Source: Harriotta raleighana (Eukaryota). Taken from it: 64,000 nt of DNA. Positions 12,760 to 25,700 of the stretch are shown here, in pieces. The notes under the pieces are model-generated. The model did not search any database. It had not been told where the DNA came from and saw nothing but the letters and a program-made list of their open reading frames with translations. The stretch spans positions 2,211,945-2,275,944 of the forward strand of contig JBNZDD010013651.1 in the NCBI GenBank assembly GCA_050575255.1, written 5' to 3'. Numbering within the stretch: position 1 is the first letter of the stretch; each line of letters starts with the position of its first letter. The translations under genes and the position numbers were made by a program.

Positions 12760-13330
12760 AACAACAACAAATTGGATTTATATGGTGCCTTTCATGTCGG
12801 GAGGACATCCCAAGACACTGGTCAATGAGGGGTTTGCATCCAAGCAGTGGGTTGGGATTAAAGAAGGGACCAAGGCAAGGGAAGTGGAGGAGGCAAGATG
12901 ACTGAAAGCCCGGTTGAAGAGGAGGGTCGAGACTGGCCTTGAAGGACACAAGGGAGGAGGGGACAAGGTGGAGGGACTCTGGGATGAAGTTCCAGAGAGT
13001 AGGAGCAGAAGGACTGTTGGCCCGACCGCTGATAGTAGAGCAGGTAGGACATGGTATGTGCAATAGGCCAGTGTCTGCAGAGTGGAGGGAGCAGGCAGGT
13101 AGGTGAAGTTTTAATAGGTCACAGAGGTAGGAAGAAGCAAGACTATGAAGAGTTTTGATGGTGAGGACGGTAGTGTTGAACTTGATTGTCTGGAGGATTA
13201 GGAGCAAGTGAAGCTGGGTGACAATAGGACTGATCGGTTCACGGAGGTTACTGTGGGAGAGAACACGAGCTGCAGAGTTCCAAATAATCTTGTGGACGGA
13301 AGAGATGAGAAGTCTGGTGAGCAGGGAGTT
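12760..13330 (-). mobile_element. L2-like LINE 3' fragment
   Basis: NSAARVLS...PISP..QLH.L...IKF... C-terminal ORF2 motif plus tail. Confidence 0.85.
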
Positions 13331-14038
13331 AGCTTTGTCAGTCACTACACTGAATCGTGAGCAAATTTTCTGAAATGCTTTGGGATGTTTGGACATCTCA
13401 AGGATTATAAAAAGCAGAGCGATCCCACTAGCCAACAAAACCTGCTCCTCAGATCATAAACCATAAGTCACAATGGGTGCAGTGACTGGTGGTTGAGAAA
13501 TGTTGTGTTTTAGANTAGAGCGATCCCACTAGCCAAAACAAAACCCGCTCCTCAGATCATAAACCAGAAGTCACAATGGGTGCAGTGACTGGTGGTTGAG
13601 AAATGTTGTGTTTTAGACCCCTCTGAAAGCTAGTTCTGTTCTGTAAAGAAGCTTTTTCAAAATCTAACTTGTTCCTTCTAGGGGATGCAAAACCTGAGGA
13701 TACGATTTTTTTCTNTGCCAGGAGAGAATGTATTAGTATCAGCCTGTAACCAGAGCAAAGTGGAATGGTAGGACTGGGCTTGTCTCTGGATCCCTGGGCA
13801 GCCCCGCAGCTGAGTGGCANTCTCTGCCAGGAGAGAATCAATCAATCAATCAAAATTGTATTTATATAGCGCCTTTCACGTCGGGAGGACGTCCCAAAGC
13901 NGATTTTTTTCTCTGCCAGGAGAGAATGTATTAGTATCAGCCTGTAACCAGAGCAAAGTGGAATGGTAGGACTGGGCTTGTCTCTGGATCCCTGGGCAGC
14001 CCCGCAGCTGAGTGGCAGCAGAAAATCGCAGACTGCTT

Positions 14039-14673
<635 letters not shown>

Positions 14674-16234
14674 TGAATGCAGTGGTGAATGCGACTGAGG
14701 TCCAGGGGAGGTGGGGAAGGAGAGAGAGACACAGCCATTGAAGTGAAAGATGAATAATGCCTGTTTAAAGTCTCTACCATGGTTTCTCATTGACTCAGTT
14801 CATTTGTTGGTTTAATTGTGTTCTCTGCCATTGACACACCACATTTTTTGAGCAGTAATGTTTAACATTGAAGAGACTAAGGAATCGTCCCTTTCAAACC
14901 GCATCTGGTGCCAGCTGCCTTCCGGCCTGGCCTGTAACCAGAGCAAAGTGGAATGGTAGGACTGGGCTTATCTCTAGATCCCTGGGCAGCCCCACAGCTG
15001 AGTGGCAGCAGAAAATCGCAGACTGCTTCACATCTGGATTCTCATAGGAGCTCTAGTGCAGCTTCATTTACCTGATTCAATGATTCAACTTGTGTTTTGT
15101 TCAGTGGGACNGGGAATCGTCCCTTTCAAACCGCATCTGGTGCCAGCTGCCTTCCGGCCTGTAACCAGAGCAAAGTGGAATGGTAGGACTGGGCTTATCT
15201 CTGGATCCCTGGGCAGCCCCACAGCTGAGTGGCAGCAGAAAATCGCAGACTGCTTCACATCTGGATTCTCATAGGAGCTCTAGTGCAGCTTCATTTACCT
15301 GATTCAATGATTCAACTTGTGTTTTGTTCAGTGGGACATTATTAACGTTTCGACCACAAGGAATACCAGGATTGTAGTTTCATTAAATAGTTCCTTTTTT
15401 TTTGTGGTCCAATTGTTTTGTAATGTTTTTTGTCCCTACTCTGTCTCTCTCCCCGCAGTCTCCTGCTAGGTGCCTTTAGGCCTCTGTCACAGGGCTGATT
15501 GTTTTACTGTGAGAGACAACGTGTCACTGAATTATTCTAATTGGAATCGACATACAATTTCAGAGACTGGCAAGTGAGGGAATAAATGGTCCCCAAATAC
15601 CAGAAACATTGAAAGCAAGAGGAGGAATCGAGCCTATTTTGTCATTATTAGTAGAACATACCAGATCGTTTGGGAATAAGGAATACCACTTTGTATATAT
15701 ATTCTACTGTATTTTACCACTTNACGAGTGAGGGAATAAATGATCCCCAAATACAAGAAACATTGAAAGCAAGAGGAGGAATCAAGCCTATTTTGTCATT
15801 ATTAGTAGAACATAGCAGATTGTTTGGGAATAAGGAATACCACTTTGTATTTATATTTTACCACTTACATTAACACCTCCTGTACAGCTGGCTGAAACCA
15901 TTANGCAAGTGAGGGAATAAATGGTCCCCAAATACCAGAAACATTGAAAGCAAGAGGAGGAATCGAGCCTATTTTGTCATTATTAGTAGAACATACCAGA
16001 TCGTTTGGGAATAAGGAATACCACTTTGTATATATATTCTACTGTATTTTACCACTTACATTAACACCTCCTGTACAGCTGGCTGAAACCATTAAGACTT
16101 CACTTCCCCATTTGAGTTATTTAAGCAACATGTTGTTATTCTTCACTGCTTTCAGTGTATGGCATGTTTAAAGACTGTCTATATGGTCCTTCATGTTGGT
16201 ACCTAGTGGGCCTAAAGGTTTGCTTTCTCTTTAG

Positions 16235-16312
16235 CCACCATGATTTGGCTGGTGAGCATGGCGAAGCGAGACCTGGTCACGGTGGAACCAATCAACCACA
16301 CTGGCACCTCAG
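16235..16312 (+). CDS. PSEN2: Presenilin-2 coding exon 7 (STMIWLVSMAKRDLVTVEPINHTGTS; endoproteolysis region)
   Basis: 78 nt, ctttag| ... G|gttagt. MxWxVxMA motif, phase 1/1. Confidence 0.93.
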
Positions 16313-16526
16313 GTTAGTCCGGGGAAAGTTGAGGGAGAAATAACTGTTTCAAGACAGATTTCAAGATGCCTTATTTTGTCATGGGATTCCTTAATAAGCA
16401 AACAGGAAACTCCTGACAGCAGCAAATCTGAAGTGTGGAACATTACAGTCCAACGCAATCCATGTTTAGAGCTCAGTCCTCATCAAAGGAATTCTAACAG
16501 GATTTCTCAATAAGGAATGTCATTCA

Positions 16527-16871
16527 GAAATAATAATAATAATTCTTGTATTTGATATAGCGCTTTTTACATCTTAACAACGTCTCAAAATGTTTCACAG
16601 AATTTACTGTAAAGTGAATTGACTGTATATTGGTGAGCGAAATGTGGCAGCCAATTGCACACAGTAATGTCCCACAAAGTCGTGGATTGAAATGACCAAT
16701 TTTTATTACCGGTATTGTGGTTTTTTGGGGACGGATTATTATTAGGCATGTGGAGTAAGGAAACTTACCCAAGGTTTCATCCTGACCTGCCTGGATTCGA
16801 ACATGGGTCTCATGGTTGTAAGGTGTGTGCTTGTAAGGCGCGTGCTCTAACCACTGAGCTACAGGAGCTCC
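16527..16871 (-). mobile_element. Full-length tRNA-derived SINE
   Basis: A box TAGCTCAGTGG, B box GTTCGAATCC, core GGGACA.TGCTGTGTGCAATTGGCTGCC, L2-like tail plus (TTA)n. Confidence 0.9.
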
Positions 16872-17200
16872 ACAAGAACCATCAGAACCAAGAACAAAAA
16901 AACTACAATAAAAATAAATAAAGAAATAGAGAAATATCGCATATCTGGACCCAAACGTTTCAATTGTATTTCAGCCACAGAGGTGAATTGGCAAATATTG
17001 CTGCATTGGGCTTGTGGGTTACAGCTTACACACTGTGTGGTTCCTGCAATATATGGGAGCCATCGTGAGGCTTTTGTAGGTTGCCTAAGGCACGTTAAAC
17101 TCTATTCGCTTTCCCTTTGGATGCTATCAAATTTAGATTTTAGTTGGTTTCTGCTGAGAGTTTGCACAAAATGTCTATCATTCTCACATGTATGACAATG

Positions 17201-17510
17201 TGGAGTCCTGTAGCTCACTGGTTAGAACACTCGCCTTGCAAGGGGGATACTTGGGTTTGATTCCCGGCAGGGTGAAACCTTGGACAAGTTTCCTTACTCC
17301 ACACTTCTGATAATTCCTCACCAAAAAAAAAATTAATAAATTGGTCACTTCAATCCACGACTGTTTGTGGGACACTGCTGAGTGCAATTGGCTGCCACAT
17401 TTCTCCCACAAATATACAATGAATTCACTTTACAGTATATTCTGTTAAGTGCTTTGAGACATCTAGAAGACGTGAAAAGTACTATATTAATGCAAGGATT
17501 ATTAGTATTA
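17201..17510 (+). mobile_element. Full-length tRNA-derived SINE
   Basis: GGAGTCCTGTAGCTCACTGGTTAGAAC head with the same core and tail as 16527-16871. Confidence 0.9.
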
Positions 17511-18194
17511 TATGTGCCCGCGTTGTGCAGTCACAGGAGTAAATGTGAAACGTGCTTTTTCACTTACACCACATGCTTCCAGAACCAGCAAAACAAGATG
17601 CAGCATTGCAACATTTCTTGTCAAAAATCTATCAAAATCACTATCAAAATAGTGATTTAATTGGTGTTGCAAAACTATTAAATGGAAAATCACTGAATGG
17701 TGTCGTCACTGTCATTCCATTAACAATATCAGGCTTCCCATCTTAGAATCGCTACTGCAACATTCTGCCCAGCGTTTGCAGAGTGAGGGACATGCTGTGT
17801 CATCAAGGATCATTAACTTGCTCATATTGGCTGCCGTGTTCGCCCACAAAACACAGTCACACTCCTTACAGTATATCCTATGACACTCTGTTAGAATATT
17901 CTCCTGAATGTGAAAGGCACTACACCAAATGTAAACGATTAAGGATTATTTATCTGGTGCCCATACCATCCATTCACACTAGATATGGAACATGCTTTTT
18001 CACCTCACATGCCTATTTTGTTTCACACACTAGTCTCACAGTCCTTATGAGGGGCTAAATTTTGTGATTAACAAGATCGATGAACATGAGAGCTAGGAAA
18101 TGGGAGAAGTCCGATTTTGGAGGAAAAACCTTTAATGGATGACTAAATAGGTTAAATTAATTGTGTGTGTTTTTTTTTCTCCCATTGTGTTTAG

Positions 18195-18338
18195 AAAATT
18201 ATTTAGAAAATTATTCAGTAGAGACTGGAGAGAACCACCCTGTCACCCCCGATTCTAATGATGCCACTGATACACCTCAGATCATAATCCAAGGAATGAA
18301 TCGCACAGCAGTGAGTCCTGAGGAACTGGAGGAGGAAA
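18195..18338 (+). CDS. PSEN2: Presenilin-2 coding exon 8 (cytoplasmic loop, ENYLENYSVE...PEELEEE)
   Basis: Polypyrimidine tract plus tttag| acceptor, A|gtaagt donor, acidic EELEEE end as in PSEN2. An alternative in-frame acceptor would start the exon at 18207. Confidence 0.88.
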
Positions 18339-18639
18339 GTAAGTGGTTGCCCCTGAGCTTTGTTCCACCGAGATTAAGGTCAAGTGAATTGTAAAAGAAC
18401 CTGAATTGCTTTATATTTCTGAATAAGTGATCTATGTGAAATAGCAGAGTTCCTCCCACCTATTGAATAAGGTGGGAGAAGGGTGGCATGTAGACTTCTC
18501 TCCACTTCAACTCACTGATGTTCTGTTTTCCTTCCTATTGCAATCTACTTCCCTATTTTTCAGTATTATTGAGGTTTCACAAATCGAGGGGATTCATTCA
18601 GCTGCCTCTACCCCATCCTCCACTAGCTCCCCACAATCT

Positions 18640-19392
18640 CTCCCCCAAGATACACCTCCTTCCCACCCCCATTTCAAACTTTCCACCCTATCTCTCCCCC
18701 CGCCTTCTCTGCTCTACTCTGTACTATGAACCCCATCACCTGCTCCCTTGACCCCCATCCCCACCTCTATCCTCATCTCCCAGCTCTATCTAGCCCCTCT
18801 CCTAACTGATGTCATCAACCTCTCACTATCCTCTGCCACCGTCCTCACTCCTCTAAAAACTGCTGTCATCACCCCTATCTTACTTCAATCTGGCTTCTGT
18901 GTTGACCACAGCACCGAGACAGCCCTGGTCAAAGTCTCTAACGACATTCTTAACATCTGTGACCAGATGTTAACATCTTTCTGCCTCCTTGTCCTCCTTG
19001 ATCTCTCCGGCACCATCGGCCATTCCATCCTCCTACATTGCCTCTCCTTCTTTCTCAATCTCCGCGGACCTGCCCTTGCCTAGTTCGAACATCTCTCATC
19101 GCTTTCACTTTTGTCACCACCGACAGCTTCTCTTCCAGCACCTGCACTGTCACCTGTGGCATCCCCCAGGGCTCTGTCCTTGGCCCCTTACTTTTCAACA
19201 TCTATATTCTCCCACTTGGTGACATCATCCGCAGACATGGGGTTAACTTCCACATGTATGCGGATGACACCCAACTCTTTTTCTCTGTCTCTACCCTCGA
19301 CTCCTTTACAGTATATTCTGGAAGCGCTTTGAGACGTCTAGGAAGATATGAAAAGCGCTATATCAAATGCAAGGATGATTATTATTATTATA
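18640..19392 (+). mobile_element. L2-like RT fragment joined directly to a SINE-type tail
   Basis: QSGF...HSTETALVKVSNDI and [21 protein letters not shown]...[10 protein letters not shown], then SINE tail at 19305-19392. Confidence 0.9.
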
Positions 19393-19685
19393 TTATGTAA
19401 TGCACTCAGTAAATTTTTAGAACACTGATTGTGCTGCAGAAATTTGAGAAAAATTGGTGAAATATTTCTTGTGAAGCAATCTCGCAAAATTAAGACTCCA
19501 ATCCGGAGACAATGTTTCATTCGTGTTCCCAATATATTCTAATAGAAAATGACTATTAATTGAATTGGTCTTCACTTGAATCTTTGCACATAAATCACAG
19601 CGGACAGATTTCCTGCTGGCAGCTCAGGGCCCCTGCAGGCGAGGCCAGGAATCCACTATTATTAATAACTTGCTCCTTTTCACAG

Positions 19686-19804
19686 AGGGTGTCAAACTCG
19701 GCCTTGGGGACTTCATTTTTTACAGTGTCCTCGTAGGAAAGGCTGCCGCTGGCGCCAGTGGAGACTGGAACACAATACTGGCCTGCTTCATCGCTATCCT
19801 AATC
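19686..19804 (+). CDS. PSEN2: Presenilin-2 coding exon 9 ([40 protein letters not shown])
   Basis: 119 nt; carries the GxGD catalytic motif; cacag| ... ATC|gtgagt. Confidence 0.98.
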
Positions 19805-19890
19805 GTGAGTCTCACAACTATTTTTGACATTGCTGCAAGTGAAAATGAACGCACTGGATTACATTCTGTTTTGTTTCTGTGTTCTGCCAG

Positions 19891-20046
19891 GGACTATGCC
19901 TCACCCTCTTACTTCTGGCTGTATTCAAGAAAGCACTTCCTGCCCTTCCCATCTCGATCACCTTTGGGCTGATATTCTACTTCTCCACTGACAACTTGGT
20001 TCGGCCTTTCATGGACACACTTGCATCGCACCAGTTTTATATTTAG
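19891..20046 (+). CDS. PSEN2: Presenilin-2 last coding exon ([51 protein letters not shown])
   Basis: 156 nt with PAL motif and TAG stop at 20044-20046. [18 protein letters not shown] distinguishes PSEN2 from PSEN1. Spliced CDS totals 1383 nt (460 aa). Confidence 0.98.
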   Translation, partial: GLCLTLLLLAVFKKALPALPISITFGLIFYFSTDNLVRPFMDTLASHQFYI

Positions 20047-20679
20047 GTGCCTCTACACACGCTGTTGCAAGAGTCCTTCACAATGCTGTGTCTCAGCTGG
20101 ACTGACGTTGAGTGCAAATTCAGGGAAAGTCAGCCAGAGCACTTCAAAAGAAAGGCATAAGCATCACCACTGTCATAATGCATAACCCAATGTAACTTGC
20201 CAGTGTTTCAACACTTCCACTTTCTAGCAAAACCAACCTCTGTATGAAATATTCATTTTGCATTTTTATTAATGAATTTGAAGTCCTCATTAGCTAATTA
20301 ACAGTCATCACCCCCATTTTCTAAAGTTTTTTTTACAAGATATCATTTTCTACATCCAAGAAATGTTTTTAAAAATCTAATAGGTAACAGTAGCTTTATG
20401 AGCAAGTTGTTTCTTCTAACATTTAAAGTATAATTTCAACAAACTTCTTTTGTTACTAGAGGATTTTAAAATGTTGATCTTTTAAATTGGATTGGGCAGT
20501 TTAGCAACCCAACATTTCTGAATACACTAAACGTTTGTTAAGAATGATTTGAATGAACATTAAGTAGTTACTAGAATTTAGAACATTTAGTTGTTACTTC
20601 ATGGTAAAATATTGATATTTTATAAGTTTACCTACTCCAAGATGAAGGAAAATATAATATATAATCCTTGTATACGATC

Positions 20680-21030
20680 TAGCACCTCATCATATCATCG
20701 AGGCATTTCAAAGTGCTTCACTGGATTTGCTGTGGTGTGGTGTGACTTGTATTTTGTGGGAGAACGTAACAGCTAATTTGTGCACACAATTTCCCACAAA
20801 CAGCCATGAAGTGAGTGACCAATATTACTGTATTTAGGGGACTGTTGGCTTGGACACTGGGAGAAACTCCCTTCTTTTTCTGAATAGTGCCATGGGATCC
20901 TTAACATCCATGTGAACAAACAGGACATTGGTTTAACAACAAAACAACAAAATTACACTTTTATAACGCCTTTAATGTTCTCAACTGCAGAATGGTACCT
21001 CCAACAATGCAGCACGCTGCCAGCATGCAC
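20680..21030 (-). mobile_element. Ancient Deu-domain SINE, antisense, in the PSEN2 3' UTR region
   Basis: The reverse complement contains GATCCCATGGCACTATTC.GAA..AGAAGGGAGTTTCTCCCAGTGTCC and GCTGTTTGTGGGA..TTGTGTGCACAAATTAGCTG. Interrupted by a short L2 tail at about 20935-20980. Confidence 0.7.
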
Positions 21031-21405
21031 GATGTGGATAGACGACACAGGGTAGATTCTAAGATAAAGAAAATCCTGTGTTGAGTTGCAATTATTAATG
21101 CTGTCTGTGCAACATTGCTTCTGTTTTGATCTCTTCATTACAATGCTTGTCCTCAAGTTGTGCTAATACTAAATTATGTTCTGCATAATATGCACAGCAT
21201 CTAGTATCAGCAAATTCAAATACTATATGTGGAACACTATGTTCCTCAATTCATATATTTTAAAAACAAAATGGATTAACTGCTTTTCAGCCCTGTTAAT
21301 TTCTTCATTACAATGCAGATCACCTTTTCAAACAAAGTATATATATATATATATATATATTTTAAAATCATTTAGCTCTGGGTTGAAAGCTAACCATTTA
21401 CTTTG

Positions 21406-21425
21406 AATAAATAACTTTGAATAAA
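21406..21425 (+). promoter_or_regulatory. Candidate PSEN2 polyadenylation signals (two AATAAA)
   Basis: AATAAA at 21406-21411 and 21420-21425, about 1.4 kb after the stop codon. Usage cannot be shown from DNA alone. Confidence 0.4.
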
Positions 21426-23430
21426 AAAAACATGCTGGCTGCATGGTGCAAATTTGTTTCAGGGTATATTCCAGTATGTCTGCATTGTTTATTGAACACA
21501 TTGTATAGTAAAAGTGGTATTTGCAAACAAGACAAGTACACATGAAGTAGACCAGGCATATAAAATATTGTATGTTTTGCCAGAATGTTGCAATACTACT
21601 GCACAATATGCATCTGATATGTCTACCTGTGTTGAACACAATGGAGTTTCACCCCATTCTGAACGAGTAGGTGTACTTGCTATATTGCAAATGAATCAAA
21701 TGATTGGTTCCCAAAACATTTCCAGTGAAATATTGGGAGTAGTATACAATGAAAGAATAGGACTGTTTCATATTGCTGTCACCTGAGGGTGATGTTCTAC
21801 ATGAATTTGGTTCATTCTGAGTTTCGTTCTTTGATCACGACTTTTCATTGACACTTCAGATTTCTTTGTGTATCCATATCCACTTTTTCACTTGGAATGC
21901 TGTTAACCTAACAACCCCAACAACAAAGTTATATTGGTATCGTGCCTTCCACATTGAGAGGATGTCCCAACCAATTGCTGGACAATTATCCTAGATCCAA
22001 GTGTAAAACTTGGTGTGAAAAGATGTGCAACATTCCCCAACAGCACTATCGAGTGAAATGCGATTTTAAAAAGTGGTTCAGATTTTCTGCATTTATGTAG
22101 TGTTCAATTTTCAATAACTTTAAATAGAATCACATGTTTAACTTTGGTCAGTAGAAATAATTTGATTGATGATTCAAGTTCCACTCAACGCAAATCAACT
22201 CAAAAAGAACCAAATTCATCACATTCATATAGAATGTAGATTTCTTCAGATGCTACAAGTCACAAAAACTTGCAACTCCAAAGACATTCTGCTGATGATA
22301 ACATGGGAAAAGCAATCCTTTTAAAAAGCAAAATATTACCATCATGTAATTGACTTAAAATGTGGGAAGAACAGATTTATCACTTTATATTTATGTAAAT
22401 AGATGATGGATATAATTTTTTTTAACTAAGTGCATTTCCAAAATTGTATTCTCCCTTCCCTTCTCCAGAAAAAAATCAGTAAAACTGATGCTACTGTATT
22501 CAATAGTCACAATTATTATTGATATTTTCATTGCAAATATATCAACTTTTGTTTTGCTTGTATTGTAACAATAAACGTGGATCAAATCCAATAAACAGTA
22601 CTTTTAAAGTAGATACTACTTTGTTATATTAAATAATTTGCAGCATTTGGGAAGCAATACATCATGACTCAAGTCATTATTGCAAATCATTATCTTGCTT
22701 ATGCTGAGAATAGAAATAATTATTATATGTTATACATTCAGAAAATGAATATAAATTACTATATTCTGCACAATGTTTGTGTCAGGAACATTCCAAGCAA
22801 ATGGGAGGAGAAAAACAGGCACTGCACAGACCATGTGCATTCAACAAATTACATTTATATCGCGCCCTTTATGTTGGAAAGACATCCCAGGACACTGGAC
22901 AGTCAGGGATTTTAGACCCAAACTGGGAATTGGGGGTCAGGGGTGGAGGGCAAGAGGGATGGCCCAAGAGGATGGTCTTTAGACAGAACTTGAAGTAGTG
23001 CTAGGGCATTGCGCAAACCACATTGATCTGCATAAAGACAGGAACATTTAAGCGCTTTGAGACGTTGATAAAATGTGGAAAACGCTATATAAATGTAAGG
23101 ATTATTTATTATTATTTAACATTACACACCCACTACAGGGATTTTCCATTGACATTGTCTTTGTGCATACATGTACAAGAATATTATCCTGACCGTATCT
23201 TTGTCCATACAATTGCAAAGGGATTATCCATATTTACACATGTACAGGACAATGCAAATATAGGGGAAATGCATGGGGCATGTCAAACTGCACACAACCT
23301 TCCTGGATGCTTTTGATTAATATTAATTTAGCCATTTTTCTAAATTAATCTCAAACAAATTAATCTCATCGCATTGAGCAAATAAATGATGAGCAAGAAT
23401 GCAGCATGTCCACATGTACACATTACATAT

Positions 23431-24645
23431 ACAACAACATCGATTTATATAGCACCCTGTACGCCAGACGGCATCTCAGAGTGCTTCACAATAACAGATC
23501 CCGGGACTGAGCCAGGGGCAGGGGTAGAAAAGTGACCAAAGGCGCGGTCAAAGTGAAAGGTCTTCAGCTGGGACCTGAAACTGGGAAGAGGGGGCGAGGC
23601 GAAGGGAGTGAGAAGGGAATTCCAGAGATGTGGGACATGGTGGTTGAAGGCACGGCCGCCGAGGGTGGAGCAGAGGATTTAGGGGACACGAAGGAGGCCA
23701 GACCAGGTGGAGCGAAGCTAACGTGTGCTGATTTGAGGAGAGAGGTCGGAGAGGTAGTGGGGATGCAGGAGTGGAGGGATTTGAAGACAAGAGTGAGGAT
23801 CTTGAAATCAATCCTCTCTGGGATAGGGAGCCAGTGAACTCTGGCAAGGACTGGGGTAATGGGGGAGCGAAGTTTGGTGCGGGTGACAATCCAGGTGGCA
23901 GAGTTTTGGATAAACTGGACTCTGTAGATTATGGAGGAGGGGAGACCAGTGAGGCGGAGGGCATTGCACTGGACCAGCCGAGAGGTGACAAAGGCGTGGA
24001 CCAGGGATCCAGCGGCTTTTAGGGTCAGGTATTGCCGGAGATGGGCGATCCGTTGGAGGTGGAAGAAGGCATTGTTGGTGAGGGACCATATGTGGGGCAG
24101 GAAGGACAGTTGGGGGTCGAACCTGATACCTAGGTTGCGCACAGGTTCAGAGAGTTTTAGGGGCAGGTCGGGAAGGTAGAGGAGGTGAGAGCTGTGTGGA
24201 TGGAGACGTTGATGAGAGCCAGCGTATGGCCTCTTTCTTCTCAACATTCAACTGCAAGAAATTTGCGCTCATCCAGCTCCTAATGTCTGACAGGCAGGCT
24301 GACAGAAGATCAGGGGACTCGGGGTCGCAAAGTGAAGTGGAGAAATAGAGTTGGGGTGTCATCCACGCACATGTGGAAGTGTGCCCTATGTGTGCATCCC
24401 CAAGAGGGAGCATATAGATGTGGAAGAGTAGGCCAAGGATGGATCCCTGGGGTACCCGCAGGTAACCCAACTGAGAGCGAGAGGAAAAAACCTTTATGGC
24501 GATGTACTGTTGGCAGTTTGTGAGGTAGGACTCGAACCAGGCAAGTGCAGTCTCACTGAGGTGGATGACGGAGGACAGGCGATGGAGAATGACGTGGTTG
24601 ACTGTGTCAAATACAGCGGACATGTCCAGGAAGATAAACCATACC
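23431..24645 (-). mobile_element. L2-like LINE fragment (subfamily with the ACGCC/GGCGT tail hairpin)
   Basis: FLDMSAVFDTVNH, VPQGSILG, VRNLGIRFDPQLSF, LVHAFVTSRL, HWLPIPERIDFKIL; frameshifted. Confidence 0.92.
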
Positions 24646-24774
24646 AAGTTGCTCTTACATTTAATTCATATTTCTAAGTTTTGTTCTTAAACACAAAAAT
24701 ACAGAATTTCCGACTCAAACTTTTCCAACTTTTGTATTTGTTTCATACAATTTTTTACCTTAAATTTTGACCTT

Positions 24775-25140
24775 GCATTTGATATTGCGCCAAATCACAC
24801 CTTTGAGACATCTCAAAGCTCTTCATGGAACGTACTGTAAAGTGAATTGACTATATTTTGTGGGTGAAACGCATCAGCCAATTATGAACACAAACTTTGA
24901 TGGATTGAGTAACCAGATTTTTATTTTTAGGGATTATTACCCATGATCCGCCAATCACCTAACAACCAAGTTTTTACTTGCTAGGTAAACAGAGGACTGT
25001 GGAGTAGGACGACCTCCCAACGTGAAAGGAGCTATACAAATGTAATTTTATTGATGTAGGAAACTTGTCTAACATTTTGCCCTGTCTGGGAATCAAACCC
25101 AGGTCCTCTTGTTCAAGAGGTGAGTACTCCAACCACTAAA
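24775..25140 (-). mobile_element. tRNA-derived SINE interrupted by an L2 tail
   Basis: SINE tail, core and head on the - strand, with an L2 tail at about 25005-25055. Confidence 0.75.
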
Positions 25141-25694
25141 GAAGTCCATGACCTTATGCTCATCTGTTGAGCACTCTGAGACGCCATCTGGCGTGGAGGG
25201 CGCTATATAAATCCAAGTTGTTGCTGTTTGCACTTTTCCTTTGTTACTCTGTCTTCTACTATATTTCTATTGCCACCATCTACTTCTAGTACTTTAATGT
25301 TAAATCTTTGGTCCGACACAAAAGCTTTTTCAACCCCTACCATCCCTGACTTCTGCATCCCTCAGCTCTGTTCATGCCACATTGCCCATCACCTCCTTTT
25401 ATATTTAATCTTTGACCCCCTCCGCTTTCTGATCCCTCCGCCTTGTCCCTTCTCTCCTCTTTTTCCAAGAACAACCTAGGGATAGAATTTCCAGAGATAA
25501 TCAAAGTCTAAACGGGATGATTTACTTTCAATTTGGTTGATGAGCCTCAGCCTCTGTGCGGGTTTTATTGGGACAAATTCCTGGAATATTGTATGTTATT
25601 TTCTTGAACGACCAAGGCTATAGGGTGGTGTTAATAAATTAAAGGATTGTACAAAGCAAAGAGCACAATCGAACCAAAATAAAAACAGAACTGG

Positions 25695-25700
25695 TTTATT
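25695..25700 (-). promoter_or_regulatory. Candidate DPY30 polyadenylation signal AATAAA
   Basis: tttatt on the + strand about 225 nt past the DPY30 stop, followed on the - strand by a T/GT-rich tract. Confidence 0.55.

Noticed and set aside
15570-16095. Apparent triple tandem repeat of about 150-190 bp in a PSEN2 intron
   Set aside because: The copies are separated by single-n joins (15723, 15904), so they are most likely uncollapsed assembly overlaps.
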